Source of the DNA: Balanoglossus misakiensis
Lineage: Eukaryota > Animalia > Hemichordata
Reading direction: 5' to 3'
Assembly (NCBI GenBank): GCA_040954595.2
Contig: CM082593.2
Location: forward strand, 4,357,434-4,421,433
DNA length: 64,000 bases
The position numbers and the translations under genes were made by a program. The notes under the pieces were generated by a model. That model searched no databases, was not told the DNA's origin, and saw only the letters and a list, made by a program, of their open reading frames with translations. This document shows positions 13,454-26,376 of the stretch, piece after piece (position 1 is the first letter of the stretch; each line of letters opens with the position of its first letter).

Positions 13454-16400
13454 TGTGTACCATCAACACATGCCAAAAGTTTGAACTGACGACATCATCC
13501 ATACCATCGGATTTTACAATAACCCAGACTAAAATTTACATAATAATGTGGTTTCCACTCTGACATTTCAACATGTTACTCATAGGAAATATAAATTAAT
13601 CGCATGAATGTCAAAATTGCAATTTTGCAATTTGCTGTTCAGAAAATAGGAATAATGATCACCAGTGTAAGTAGTCGATACGATCCATATTTGTTCAGGC
13701 TCAATAGCCTTATATCAAACTCTTCACAATAAAAGCAGGACTCAATCATATGATATTATTAGTATACCTTCAGAAAAATCGGTGTTTAATGTTGCTACAA
13801 CATTTGAGGTCTGGACTTAAAAATTCCGCAATAACATTGCTGGCTGTAGATGTATTGGCTGTGTTGATATACTGACTACCTGGCAGTCATGATTTAATTT
13901 CATCGTAAAGGGGGTTAGACAAGAAACTAACATTTGACGAAATTGCTAACAGGGAGCAAACTTCTGCTGAAAGGTTGGAGCTTGAACATGTAGTGTTTAA
14001 TAATTCAGCCAAAAAGAACGCTAAGTGTTCTTATGCGAACAAGATGTGCACTCGTCTGAAAAATTCAAAGTTGGTGTGGATTACAAGTGAGACGTGAAAC
14101 TGGCTGCACACAAAACCTATCCAAATATAGTAACAGACTGTCTGTCTGTAATTAATTTGCAAGTTCTAAGTTTATATTAATAGAAACTCGAAACTAGTCC
14201 CAAGGAGACATTACCTGGTAGAGTGTCTGACAAACCGATAAATTTGATAAGTTTACCTTAGGTACATACTGATACAGTATTTATACTTGGGTAAGATTAG
14301 AAAGTTTCTGGGTAATTAGTGTGGAAGTGTCTGATTCTTCCGGTTGTGTAAGCATTAGTACCCTTGTACGCCTCTGAGTAATTTCCAAGACATCCTTCAA
14401 TGTGGGAGTATTACTCTCAGTGCAATCTTGCTGACACATTAATCAAATAAATGGGACATGAGTGGGGACATTGAGAATTAGTTCCCAATGCGATTATTAC
14501 TTTAAAGTATGGTTTTTGCATTTAGTTAAGGTAGCGTCGTGATGAATGAATCAGTTTCCGGCTATGTCGGAAAATAGTGAAATCTTCGCTACAGGGTGCT
14601 GCTGAATATCATGTTTGTGCAGGGTAAAGTCACCTTAGACTGTAATGCCACAACTTCTTCACAAGTGGCCACTGCTCATCTATGTAAACCATGAGTGTGG
14701 GTTCAGGTAACTTCTTGCTTGAATTTGCTGTATCTAGCATTGCAGTGCATTTGCCCCTTATTAATGAATTGACAAAGACAACAAAGTGGACGCCCTATAT
14801 AAGGTCCACACTTTATCTTCGTATTTTTATGAATTGCAGCAATGTATTTTACAACTTGTATACAACATGCACTGTTTATACAATGTCCGTTATAGCGTGT
14901 CCTGACATAGCGCGCAGGGAGGGATATGATGAAATTAAGTTCATTTGCAATAATTTTGCCCGACTGCTTTGGCTTTAAGGGTGGGCTAAATCAGTTAGCA
15001 TTCGCGGATTGTTGTTTGCCTAGGACAAACTAATACTTGCTCTCAAGTCTCTGCTTGATGGGAATCCACTCACATTGTCCCTCAGTTGAGTTGCCGTGCC
15101 TCGGAGGGCCGGGTGCAGTTGAATCAAAGGCGGCCATTCAGGGGGGTGTTGATTGATAGTTTGGTTCACAAAGCCAGTACGTGTTAATCCTAGACATTGC
15201 GTCAACAAAGTTTTATTTCAACGGCAAGGTAATCAACAGTTTAACCCCATCAGCAATGTTACTGAGAATGACTTGGGCCTATAGGATTGATAGCGCTTTC
15301 AAGAAGGGGATCATGTACACTTCACGCTGGTTGTAACTTGACACTAAATACAACCTAATTATATTCCGTGGCAAGAAAATGGCCGCTTCCTTTTGCTGCT
15401 CGACATCATCTCAGCCATATGCTAATATCTTATTACTATGCAATTCACGAAAACGATCGTACTGAACGACACCCACGACCCCATAAATCAACGTACATCA
15501 CCTACATCTGCTCAAAGGTAGTGAGAGTTTTAGTGACATATTACCCAAATAAATTCATTCGTTAATATATAAACGAGTAATCATTATGCCGGGAACAAAG
15601 TAAAGGTATATACTCATTTACTTGGGTGATTAAATAGTCCTTCGGGTCAGTTCAAATTAAGCACACTTCTCCATAAATGTGTATTACTCTAATTATTTGT
15701 TTGGTATGCAAACATATTGATTTATTTTTCAGTAGATTGCACAGCTGACAAAGTCATGCTCAATTGGGTTTGTTATTTATGTCCTATGTAGATTTGAACA
15801 GTTGAATGGAAACAAGGGAAGTCTCACAAAGCTTAACATATTCACCATGTCCTAGTATATGCCAAGGTTTGTGATAGTTTAGAATTGGCCATACTGTCTG
15901 TCATTAGTAGTCTAGAATCTTGCGAGCTATACCATATATACCATATATATATATAGTGACCTAATAAAATATGCATGGACAACTTATAATATACAACTTG
16001 GCAAGTCTATTAGCAGATTAGCGTGTTTTTATATATCTTCCAGGACGTATTAGTAATCAATGACGTCATTTGCCACTTTTGTTTATATATTTACTTGTAC
16101 AAGTCATTTATGACTAAAATATTCTGTATGCAGACCACGTCCACATTAGTCAGTCACAACAGTCACCGAAACTAATAAAACCATACGATTATGTTAAAGT
16201 CTAGTTCCCATAAATTTTTACTGCAGTGTGCGACATTCTTTAATCATTACCCAGCTGCATAGTAATGGCGTCAGAATTTAGAAAAAAACTCTACTCGATG
16301 TGCAATATGCAGAGACTTGATCAAGTTTACGTCATCTCGAAAAGATAATGATATTTAATTATGTATGTTCTGGAGTGATCAACAGTTTCGCTTAGTCACA

Positions 16401-17984
16401 CTCAGAAACATGGTTGTTAAAATATGCTTACTGAAATATGTTGAATGTTACAGCTAATCGCACATGCTGTAGATATGGTCATAACATGTGAATAATCTAT
16501 AATTTCTGATATTGATCAAAACCTATGTAATGGAAGTGTTAGATTGATCTGTAACAGCCTATGAACTACACAGTGTACATTGGCATCTGCCCATGTAACA
16601 ATTGGTCACCTCGCCGAGTATATACAGACTTACAAATTGCACAATTGAGGTCCCGTTGAATTACATGACATCCGATAGATGAAGCGGGTGTGACTGTAGT
16701 CACAAATAGCGCTTGGTCGACACATCACGTCGAGTGCTTCTGCGGCAGCGCTAGTTCTCTTTGTAGGTGTAGTCTGCCGCTGCCAGTTAATCAAGATGCA
16801 TGTCGGCAGAAACTGATAAAGCTTACGTACATAATTTCCCGCAGTTAAATGTAGTTTTGTGTTTGATTAACTTTGTCGTGACTCCGACTTCCTGCGCCTT
16901 TTGTTGCACTGATAGGGAATAGTTCTTGGCTTCATTGCAGACTGTTAGGCGTTAATCATGCAGACTAATTTTCATACGTGCAGCACAAAATTGCATCATA
17001 TTTTAACAGGCAGAAATGAAAAACGATTTGAGTGGAAATGGTTGGAGACCATATCTGAAACTCAAATCCTCGCGAGACTTCTCGGTCTCGACGTTTACGA
17101 TGGAGAGATGGAAATACTTCATTCGTAATGGAGAAAACTGTTCAAAACAATCGCATCTGGCAACTGAGTGAACTTTGATATTTCTGGATGTGTCAACCGA
17201 CAACATCGTGATGTTTTTCTGCAATGTTTTTCACGCTCTTGGGGATTTATCATTCTAAACTCAAATCTGTGCTTGTAGATTATATTCCCCGAGATTTGAT
17301 ACAGTCAGCTCCCAGCACTTCACATGTTTCCTATAGTAATGGGGTGTTGTGATAAATATTATACAAACCATCAACAATCAAGTGTTTATGGTGATGCTGT
17401 TATAGATGTCAAATATTGGTCCTCCAACTTTTGCAACAGTCGGTTTATTTAGCAACATGGAAATAGTTTAAGTATACTTTATATAACATTCCACGTGTAA
17501 CAGCCTTTCAAGTTTAACAAATGCCATTACTTTTATAACAGCCGTGCAAACTCTTTTCATCAACTAAACATGGGTACATTCAGGTAAGCACGTGGGCCTG
17601 AAGTCACCGCTAATATAAACATCAAATTTCAAGGAAAACTATTGGACAAATGCCAAGGTATGAGGCACAATATAAAGCCAATATGCACTTTTCAATACTG
17701 ACAGTGGCGCTACATGTCTATATCAGAAACGGTCACATCATTTGGCATTCGCAGTGGATGTAAAGATAGTTAAAATGCAAATTAATTAATGTTGCCAATA
17801 ATTTACACATTTTCATCCTTGTAAAGAACATTAGTATTCAAATTTAATTGATAATCGTATGTTTTATTACAAATCATAACGTACGTAATTACAGCAATCT
17901 AGATTTAGCCTTTTCCTTGATTGTAGATTAACACGTTGTGGCGTTTAATCTTGACAAGAATGACAGATGGGAATAATTTCAGGT

Positions 17985-18406
17985 CGTGTATCACGTGACC
18001 ACAAAGACAGACGTTAACGACTAAAACTGTCATTAAATCGGCGGGAACACTGCATTGCGCGACCATGCTTTCTTTAAACTTTCCGGCACTCGAGCATAAA
18101 AACCTCCTACGGAAAGTGCCACATTTAAGGGACATAAGCCCAAACCTTGTTCTCCTAGGCGATGGCCACGCCGTCGAAATCCCGCTTATAAATTACAAGG
18201 AAATCACGAACCAACGCCCAGGGGAGGCAGGGGAGATCACCAAGACCCCCTAGATTGGCAATAAAAATCATAGCATGTAGTACGCTTCAAGTTTATGTCA
18301 TTAATAGCGAGATTGTCAGAGGTTGCGTGTCGACAAGACACTATTTATCCTCTTAACGCGCACCGCAGCCGTTCAAACTGGACTTTAAGAGGGGAACATC
18401 AAGGCC
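17985..18406 (+). promoter_or_regulatory. Candidate proximal promoter / 5'UTR of the synaptotagmin gene
   Basis: Locally CpG-rich. Contains a TCACGTGAC E-box at ~17991, a reverse CCAAT (gattgg) at ~18254 and TTGCGTG at ~18323, directly upstream of the ATG exon. Confidence 0.4.
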
Positions 18407-18452
18407 ATGAACATCTTCGGTCTGGCGGATAAAAGTCGCTCGCGTACGACAG
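18407..18452 (+). CDS. SYT15: Synaptotagmin-15-like, probable first coding exon (MNIFGLADKSRSRTT)
   Basis: GCCATGA start context with an in-frame TAA upstream. Donor CAG|GTGAGA is phase 1, matching the phase-1 acceptor of the TM exon. There is no homology support for this short peptide itself. Confidence 0.6.
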
Positions 18453-20962
18453 GTGAGACTGATTTGTTCTCGTCGCAAAAAAAAATTCTTTCAGATTCGT
18501 TCAATGAATTTGCCATGTGGAAGAGATCGGAGATTGAGCTAGTGCTTATCTGTCTGAAGCCTGCGAATTTCACCCCCTTACGCTCACACGTCAAGGCTAG
18601 CTGACAACCATGTTCTGTGACAATATCTATCTATGCATTTGTTCACGTTCCTTAATTTAGGCGTCGAAGTAATCCACATGGATTAGACGAAACACGTCTA
18701 TGATATCTCAGTTGAATGTCTTCATTGTTAAGCATAATTTAAGAAAATAACGTTCAGGGCTTTGCGTCGAAGGAGACAGGAAATACTAAAAATACATTGT
18801 CTCGATTTGTGTTAGGAAGAACCATGTGATGCAGAAGAGATATTAATTACAATAAAATAAAATAAATAATTGCCTTTTGAATATCTTAATTTTTACATCT
18901 TAAACAATCTCGGCTGTAACAGAAAACAGAAAAGGGCAAATATAGCTAGTTGTCTACTCATGAAGTGTGCTGGAGCTATTTTCTAAATTTTTCTTGGAAC
19001 AATTATCTCGGTAATTCCCTGTCTGTAGTTTGTAAAGACAGATTGTTTACACACCAGATAGCTTTCTTACATGATTCTAAATTTAACCAGATCCAAGAGT
19101 ACAGCAGTAAGAGCACGATCGGTAGACGTAATACAACAAACTCACGCATCGGCACGAAGCGAAAACAATCCATTGTCTGCTATTTTCATTCTTGGACAAG
19201 CTTAATATTGCCGAGTAAGTGACGTTGTTACAAAACAGCCATTTTGGTAACGTCTATGGTTTCACAAACGAATAATTACGTCACCTGAGAAGGAAACTGG
19301 AAGGACATCCTGCAGAACTCGTTATAAAGGTTCAAAACACAAAGGTAGAGAATACATTTTGGAGTAAAGCCCACAAGGTGATTGTGCTAATTGTAGCATA
19401 CAAATAATCAGATTTGAGTTTGTATATTACATATACCACAGCACAGAAAGGGCCGAATCAACAGTTATGAGGCTTTATTATCCTTCACATGTTAATCACA
19501 GCTCGTCAATGTCAGATACTGATAATATATTCCCGGTAATAGGTATGCGAAGATCGCATCGGCATGGTACACTGTGTACTATTGTATATGAACACGTGAT
19601 TGCGAATGTTCAGATTTTCGACGAACGTGTTTTCTTACCCATCTAAATTGACGCAGCATCGGGAATCATTCGTCAAGGAATACTAACACCAAACCGTATT
19701 ACTGTTATTGATTGCGCACAATACATGGTGAGACAAATGAGCTCTCTTCCTGCTGTGCACACAGTCACACAAAAACATATAGATCGCGCTAATTACAACA
19801 TTAGCTCAGCTTTTAAAGCATAAATTGCCCAGTATTTATCGCTACACAACGTTGATGTGATTGTTAATAGAGTTAAACGACCGGATTATTTATCCCTAAA
19901 GAAATTCGAAGCCCTGTGGATGATACTGATGAGGAATTTACGACTTAATTTCATGCAACTGTTTCTCAAAAATGCGTGTTTTTCTATATGAGGAAACTTA
20001 TCATGTGTGTAAAAATGTAATTTGTATCATAAGATAGGCTGGGGATAAAGTGTTTTTTTCTGAGAAGGGTGAGGCACTTCGATATTTTTGCCTCTAGGCA
20101 AAAGTTTACTGAAAACATTCTCCTCCGATATCTTCTCAATGGTCACAGTGACTTCAGAATGCTGGAAAGGATCACCTTACAAAAATATTATGGAAATGTG
20201 CGTAAACAAGTTTGTATTTGATGTGTTTCTTTCTATTCGAATTTGAGGGTTTGACGCAAGCTATTTTGTTTGGTTACCATGACATTCAGTGTTATGCATG
20301 TTTTTTTTCTGGTTGGCAATTTGCTATTATTAGGAGAAATATTTCCCATGGGCATTTGTAAAATCAGTCAGAGACACATGTAGGATTTTTGTATCTTTTT
20401 TAGAATTACAAAAACATGCAAGACACGGAGAAAGACGAAACATCTGCCGTCATATTCAAATGTTTCGTCTTTAAATCCTGTTTGCGGATAGAATGACATC
20501 TCGAACAGAACAGTAAGCACGTCTCTGTGATTTCGCTGTTGCTAGGCGACCGTCATTCCCCTGATCTGCTGAAACGATTGCAGTACTAGAATAGTAAAAA
20601 ATCGACATCCCCGCAGTGATTGCAATAAATATAGTTAGTCGAATGAGTAAACAAATCCATGGTTTACCGATGAGAAAAGTGGCCATCCCAAATGCCATTC
20701 TTAGTTATTGATGTTTCATGCGAGATACCTGTAGCTGTAGTTATTGCTTATATACTCAGAGAGTTTTAAAAACCAAATGGTCTATGATGCACCATCACCT
20801 TTGACCTACGAGGGTTACTTTCTGTTTGGATTTTCTTTATGAACTCTTCAATTATATAGCAAAGAATAGCGACGATAACCATTGTATCATATTTTCTTAA
20901 TAACAAATAACGATAAATCTTTCAACTTTTCAGCCATGTTTAATAAATCCCATGTGCATGTT

Positions 20963-21038
20963 GACCTGTCTATAAAGAACACCTGTCTATAAGGGCCAGT
21001 TTAGAAGGCTCCTGACTACTATAGACAGGTTTGATGCA
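20963..21038. mobile_element. Terminal fragment of a pogo/Tc1-mariner-type MITE
   Basis: Sub-terminal direct repeats acctgtctataa at 20964 and 20981, plus an inverted copy tatagacaggt followed by a degenerate ttga(c)tg(t)a end. Confidence 0.5.
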
Positions 21039-24000
21039 TCTTATTCACCTCCTTCGCAACTTAACACCTTGGAACGTATGGATTTTTTTCTGTCACAAAA
21101 TGATCATTATCAATATAATTGATGTGGTGATTAGGGGGGAAAAGTATGCAAGTTGTACATGTTGATCCAACTTGTTCCAAAGGGCTACAATTTGCAAATA
21201 GCAATAGATCATTTCACGTCGATGCTGTGTATTGCGAAGTTTCAACTAATCGGAAAATTGCAAAAACAATGATTTATGTTCTGAAACTTATTGCTTCACA
21301 CCAATAATGCAATTCATAACACCAGCAATGTGCGATGCATATAAGTCATTGCTGAAAATGTGAACTTCAGGTGTCATTAGCATGAGTCTATAGGGACTGT
21401 GAAATGCATTAATTCTGGATTCTGTAAAAGACTTATTTAAAGGCAGGAAATGTTTTGGGGACGAAATTTTCTGTAAATCTGTCCCTATGGTGCGTTCCAC
21501 TTGAATTTTAATTATGCAAATTGATGTAAAAGTTGATCGATCAATGACTATACTGACATTCTAATGATGACATGGTTAACGGATTAATTATTAAAGAGTA
21601 TTATTAACGTAAATGATTGAAGTCTTCTATTCATGGACACAAACATTAAATTATAGATGAAATTTCTGTAGAGTGGGCTCTGGTTCTCTAAGACGCATTC
21701 AAAAAGTTGATGAACTCAGGCGCTTTGACAATTAGTGCGCGAGGTAATAAACTTTGTCTGTGACATGCGATTGATGTGTAAAGTGGTTGTCTACGGCGGA
21801 TATTCGCATCAGAAGCGGGTGATTTATCTCGACAGTTGCTGGGCTAGGTACCAGTTTTTGCTGTATAAAATAAGAGTGGAATTCACAAACTGTCTTTAGT
21901 CACTAAAGTACAAAATAAACCATGGTAAGGCAAATATTTATGTTTGGTGACACCACCTGTGTTATTTCTTATTTAGAAAATAACATATCCTTGAATGCAA
22001 TGCAACATCCAAATCTGAGTAAATGATTAGTTTCTGCGTGTGTAGGCGAATATAGTATCTTATCTTCTTGTTGTTTAGTAAGAACTAAAGAAGGTGACGA
22101 CAAATAGAAATAATGATTCATTGTACCCGGTATAAATGAGGAAAGTACCACAACTGGGTAACTATGGCAACAATTGTAGAAAAACATTAACAGACAGGAA
22201 GACTCAAAGATAGTGATTTTTCCCGAGTGTTTGGATAACAGTGACTGTAGCAGTAAGTAATTAGAAAGGTATCTGTGTACACTAATCTTCATTCCACTAG
22301 GGAGACTAGATGTAACGCTAAGTGCAATAGTCGGCAACAGATTTATTGGTCGTTTATATTTTCTTTGAAAATTAGGTCTTTCAGTGGCATGTTTCTTGCC
22401 TGACGACAACTGAACCTGGACAGTATACTCTCGAATTCTGCCTTTTTGTCTATCCTTGATTTGACATTCTTGTAAGATATTGAAGGCCGCCGTATTTACA
22501 AAGGAGCAGACGACAACTTTGTCGCCCAATAAACGTCCAGCTTTCAAATTTATTGCAGGCAATATTTTGTTGCCTTGCCCTGTTATTAAACCGTTTGTCA
22601 ACTTCTATTTCCATCTTATCTCTCGTACAGAACGCGGTCATCTCATCTTTTTAACGGGTCCACTGATATGAAGTATAAACTGTAGTATACTGTACTATCA
22701 AATTTTCCGATACACTGTACCTTTGCATTTTCACATTCTTATCACAAAGATAATTTGTCAATGTCACAGTGTCAAATATCACCTCTTTCGATCCGTTAAC
22801 ATACTGTGGTGTGCGTGGAAATGTAACTCCTTCTTAACCACAAATCTTAAAAAATTAATACTGGGAAATATCATAAATTTTCATGAGATGCAGATAAAGC
22901 CATAATATGTATGAAACAGAGACAATTTCCGTACAGTGCGTGGTTATCATCGAGGAAGACCCCACAGAGGTGCAATGAATTTCCGTGCTACTGTTTCGGT
23001 CATCCATAAGTGTTCTCTGCGGCGCAATTTATATACGGTGCAATGTTTCAGCCGACAGCCAGAATGAAAAATGGCAGGGCTGCTGATTTCTAAATAAGAC
23101 CGTAAAATTGATTACTCTCTCCAAATCATATTCGACGTGTACTGCAGGGGTTGTAGTTTTATAGATAATTCTAGATTCCGTAGGTTGAGACAACTCGACA
23201 GAGCTATGCTCTTGCGTGACGTATTTTCTAGAACAATCACAGACACATGATTGTATGTGAAAGGAAAAAAGCAAAACCATTTATCTGATTTAGCGTTGTG
23301 AGATTTTTACACGTGTGGAATTCTATGTAGTCCGCTAATGTAATGGGTTGCACAGAATAGGAATTGTCGTATTTCAGCTCAGCTGTAACGAGAAAGTTAA
23401 TATTGTGTTCTCCAATTATCCTCGTTTATTTCACTCATTTGTTTCAATTTACATAGCATTGTCGCTATATATTCTCATTTTTTCTGGAATGGTTTTGTGG
23501 GAAATTCATGGCAAATTTAATAATGTAGTCATTTGAGAGTCCTTTCCAAACATTGTGCTATTTATCATGGGGTCCAATCTAGACGGACAAACTGAAATGT
23601 AGGTAGGCGGAAAGATATACAGACGTATCTCTGGATATAATTGTCTGGTTTATGTGTATAGGTATGTGTCTGTTGATGTGCATAAATGACTTCCTTTTAC
23701 CGGGTCCGAAGTTAGCCAAAGAATAACGGAATTGATACTTCATCAAATGGACGCCGCATTGATAGACTGAATGCGAGAATGTGTTAATCAATAATGGGGC
23801 CAGTTGTTGTTTTCCCTTCAGATTAGCTGATCGGAAGCCTCCTCAATATCGGGTACTTCCTCTGTGGTTGACTCGTGCAGAATCAATTTGATTCACATTT
23901 TCTCGTGACATTCTTAAGTTCACACACGGTTTCTGTTTCGTGAAGTCGCGGAGTTCAATGATACACTACGCCCGACTGACACTGATCAATTTATAACGGA

Positions 24001-24621
24001 AACTCAGAGCCAGGTGTTTCGCTTTGCTGAAGTTCTGAACAAAAAGTAGCCATACCAGCTTGTGTCATATCGCATCGCTGGATCCGACAAAATGGCAAAT
24101 GTGACTGCTACTTAGAATTCTAGAAGTGTCTGGATAGAACTTTCATAATAAATTATTTTCCACTCAAGGGCAAGGAAATTTATAGATACCGTCTTATTTT
24201 AGCGTTGTTTGATATTTGATATTTCCCTACAGACGACGGAAAATGGAAAAGCTATAATTTAAACAAAGCCTCAAAATTCATTTGGTGAATTGATTTTTTC
24301 TTGTGATTGATGAAACACTATCTCACAAAATCGCTGTCAACTGTTTATTCCATTTTAAGGGTAAATTAGTTTGACATAAATAAGGTACTGTCTGCTAGTG
24401 CATATTTTGCATAGTATTTTGCATAATTTTGCTATCTTACCAGTATGCTTCACATTCATAGCACACACTGGACCTTTGCCCACTGAGTTGCTATCACCAG
24501 AGTCACTGAGAGAACATGCATTATTGATTGTGTGAAACCAAATCAATGAACATTAATCTTTCATTGTTCTAACAAATTAAATTGCTTCCGCGTGTTTAAC
24601 GTGTGACGCATTATAGGTGCC

Positions 24622-24705
24622 TCGCTCGGTATTGATGACGTAATACACACATTGTGGTGACGTTCGCTCAATATTGATGACATAATACACACATTGTGGA
24701 GACGT
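24622..24705. repeat. Tandem duplication, 2 x 42 bp
   Basis: tcgctcggtattgatgacgtaatacacacattgtggtgacgt followed by tcgctcaatattgatgacataatacacacattgtggagacgt (4 mismatches). Confidence 0.95.
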
Positions 24706-24749
24706 AGAAGATGTCGTTAACCCACAATTCCCATTCTCTTTCGTTGCAG

Positions 24750-24942
24750 TTCCTGTTGCCGGTATAGCAGCAGCAGTGGTCTGTGGACTTTTGTTTCTAC
24801 TGGCGGTGGCCTTCCTGCTCTACAAAGTTTACCGACGGAAATGCAGCAGTCAATCCAAGTATGAGAGAATCGGGAAAGACTCCAAAATGTCACCACCCAT
24901 GCTAAAAATAGAAGGCAAGGGAATAACCCCACCGACTCTAGA
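24750..24942 (+). CDS. SYT15: Synaptotagmin-15-like exon 2, transmembrane domain (VPVAGIAAAVVCGLLFLLAVAFLLYKVYRRKCSSQSKYERIG...PPTL)
   Basis: Acceptor ttctctttcgttgcag and donor GA|GTGAGT. Encodes a ~24-aa hydrophobic helix followed by basic KVYRRK. Phase 1 in and phase 2 out joins exon 3 (GA+T = Asp). Not present in the ORF track. Confidence 0.88.
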
Positions 24943-26231
24943 GTGAGTACCGACAGATCGTTTCAATGAACTTGTACAATTGTTGTAGATGGCTCTTGCA
25001 ATGTGCACATGGGGTCTGTCTCTTCCCATACGATTGCTTTGAGAAAATTTGCCCTACCCGTGCGATGGCCACAACAATTAGAAAATAGTTTTGTACTAGA
25101 CTTTGTTTAAAAGCACAAATGGGGACCAGCTGGTCACGTTGTCCAACTACTGTTATTCTGCCGTATGTTACGTTCTTTTGACCCGAGGGAATTAATTCAT
25201 CAACACCGACTTGTTCCAACTGAAACTGAGAAATCTCCTTTGATTGCTTGTCATCCACAAGTCTTGCATCTTAAGAAAACTTTATTAGGCATTTGCATAT
25301 GCTTTCTATTCTGCCTGGCAAATTGTCATACGGTCATCATATTCCTTCATGTGAAGGAAAGTGGATCGTAAGTTGGTGGATACGGAGGGTATTAGCAGAG
25401 ATCAACAGGCGAAGCCGACGGAAAGTCCACCTCCATCACCAACGCACAGCGAAACAAGACAATTGCATCATGCATTCTCTTGGATAATGAATAGATTAGA
25501 AAAAAAATCCATGGTAATTCCTTCTTGATGGAACAGGATTCCATGAGTGTTCTGTTTTATCCACAAGCATTAAATTATCTTCAGGTGGAAAATAACTGTA
25601 AGCCCTGGAAGGCTCATTTTGCTTGGCCAAGTGGAGGTGTATTCCTTACCTACTACGTTCTTTGTCATTTCATCTGGATGTAAATGTCGCCGTGTGCTCG
25701 GAATGTGGATTAATTGTAGTTGTCTCGTGTGGACACCAGTAGCCTACAGTCATCCAGATGATAGGCCTGTGTCAGCTCAGAATACTTCAGTTCAAGCCTT
25801 CCACGAATTGTTTTCATGATATATCTATTCGTATTCTATAGTGTACATTGTACACTATTCCAGATCGCACAAGACATGCCCATTGGTCTTATACGAGTAA
25901 GATTGTTGAGGTAGGCATCAGTCTCCTCAAGTCATTCTACGATTCGCTGATCAATCTTTACAAGAATTCACTTTAGGGGTCTTCTATTTTAATTTTCTCT
26001 TCGATCTTTCCTGTCTACCTAAATGAGTCTACCAGGCAATGATTGAGCAAGACCAGCTTATCTATAAAACCCCTGCAATCAGAATTAGGATTAGTTCGTT
26101 TGTGAGTTTTCTTTATTGCTGCTGGCACGTGCTGTAAGTTCACTTGAAACTCGCGGAATTAGAAATATAGAACATTAGTTATGGTTGAGAGCATTCGTTT
26201 GCCTTGTGGCATAGAGCATGGGTTGGCCAAT

Positions 26232-26376
26232 CATAGACCACGGATAGAATAATGCAGGGGGTTGTGGGACAGTTTGCGTTCTGATCGCGTAACTTAGTCA
26301 TGTACTAGAGCTGCCATGTTGAACGCAAATTATACCATCATGCATTGCAGATACCCTATCCGCGAAGTGGTCTATG
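26232..26376. mobile_element. Small hairpin MITE-like element
   Basis: Termini catagaccac and gtggtctatg are perfect 10-bp inverted repeats. Pairing continues with cggatag/ctatccg and aatgca/tgcatt. Confidence 0.6.

Noticed and set aside
24622-24705. CRISPR-like repeat pair
   Set aside because: Only two head-to-tail copies with no spacer, no cas genes, and a eukaryotic intron context.
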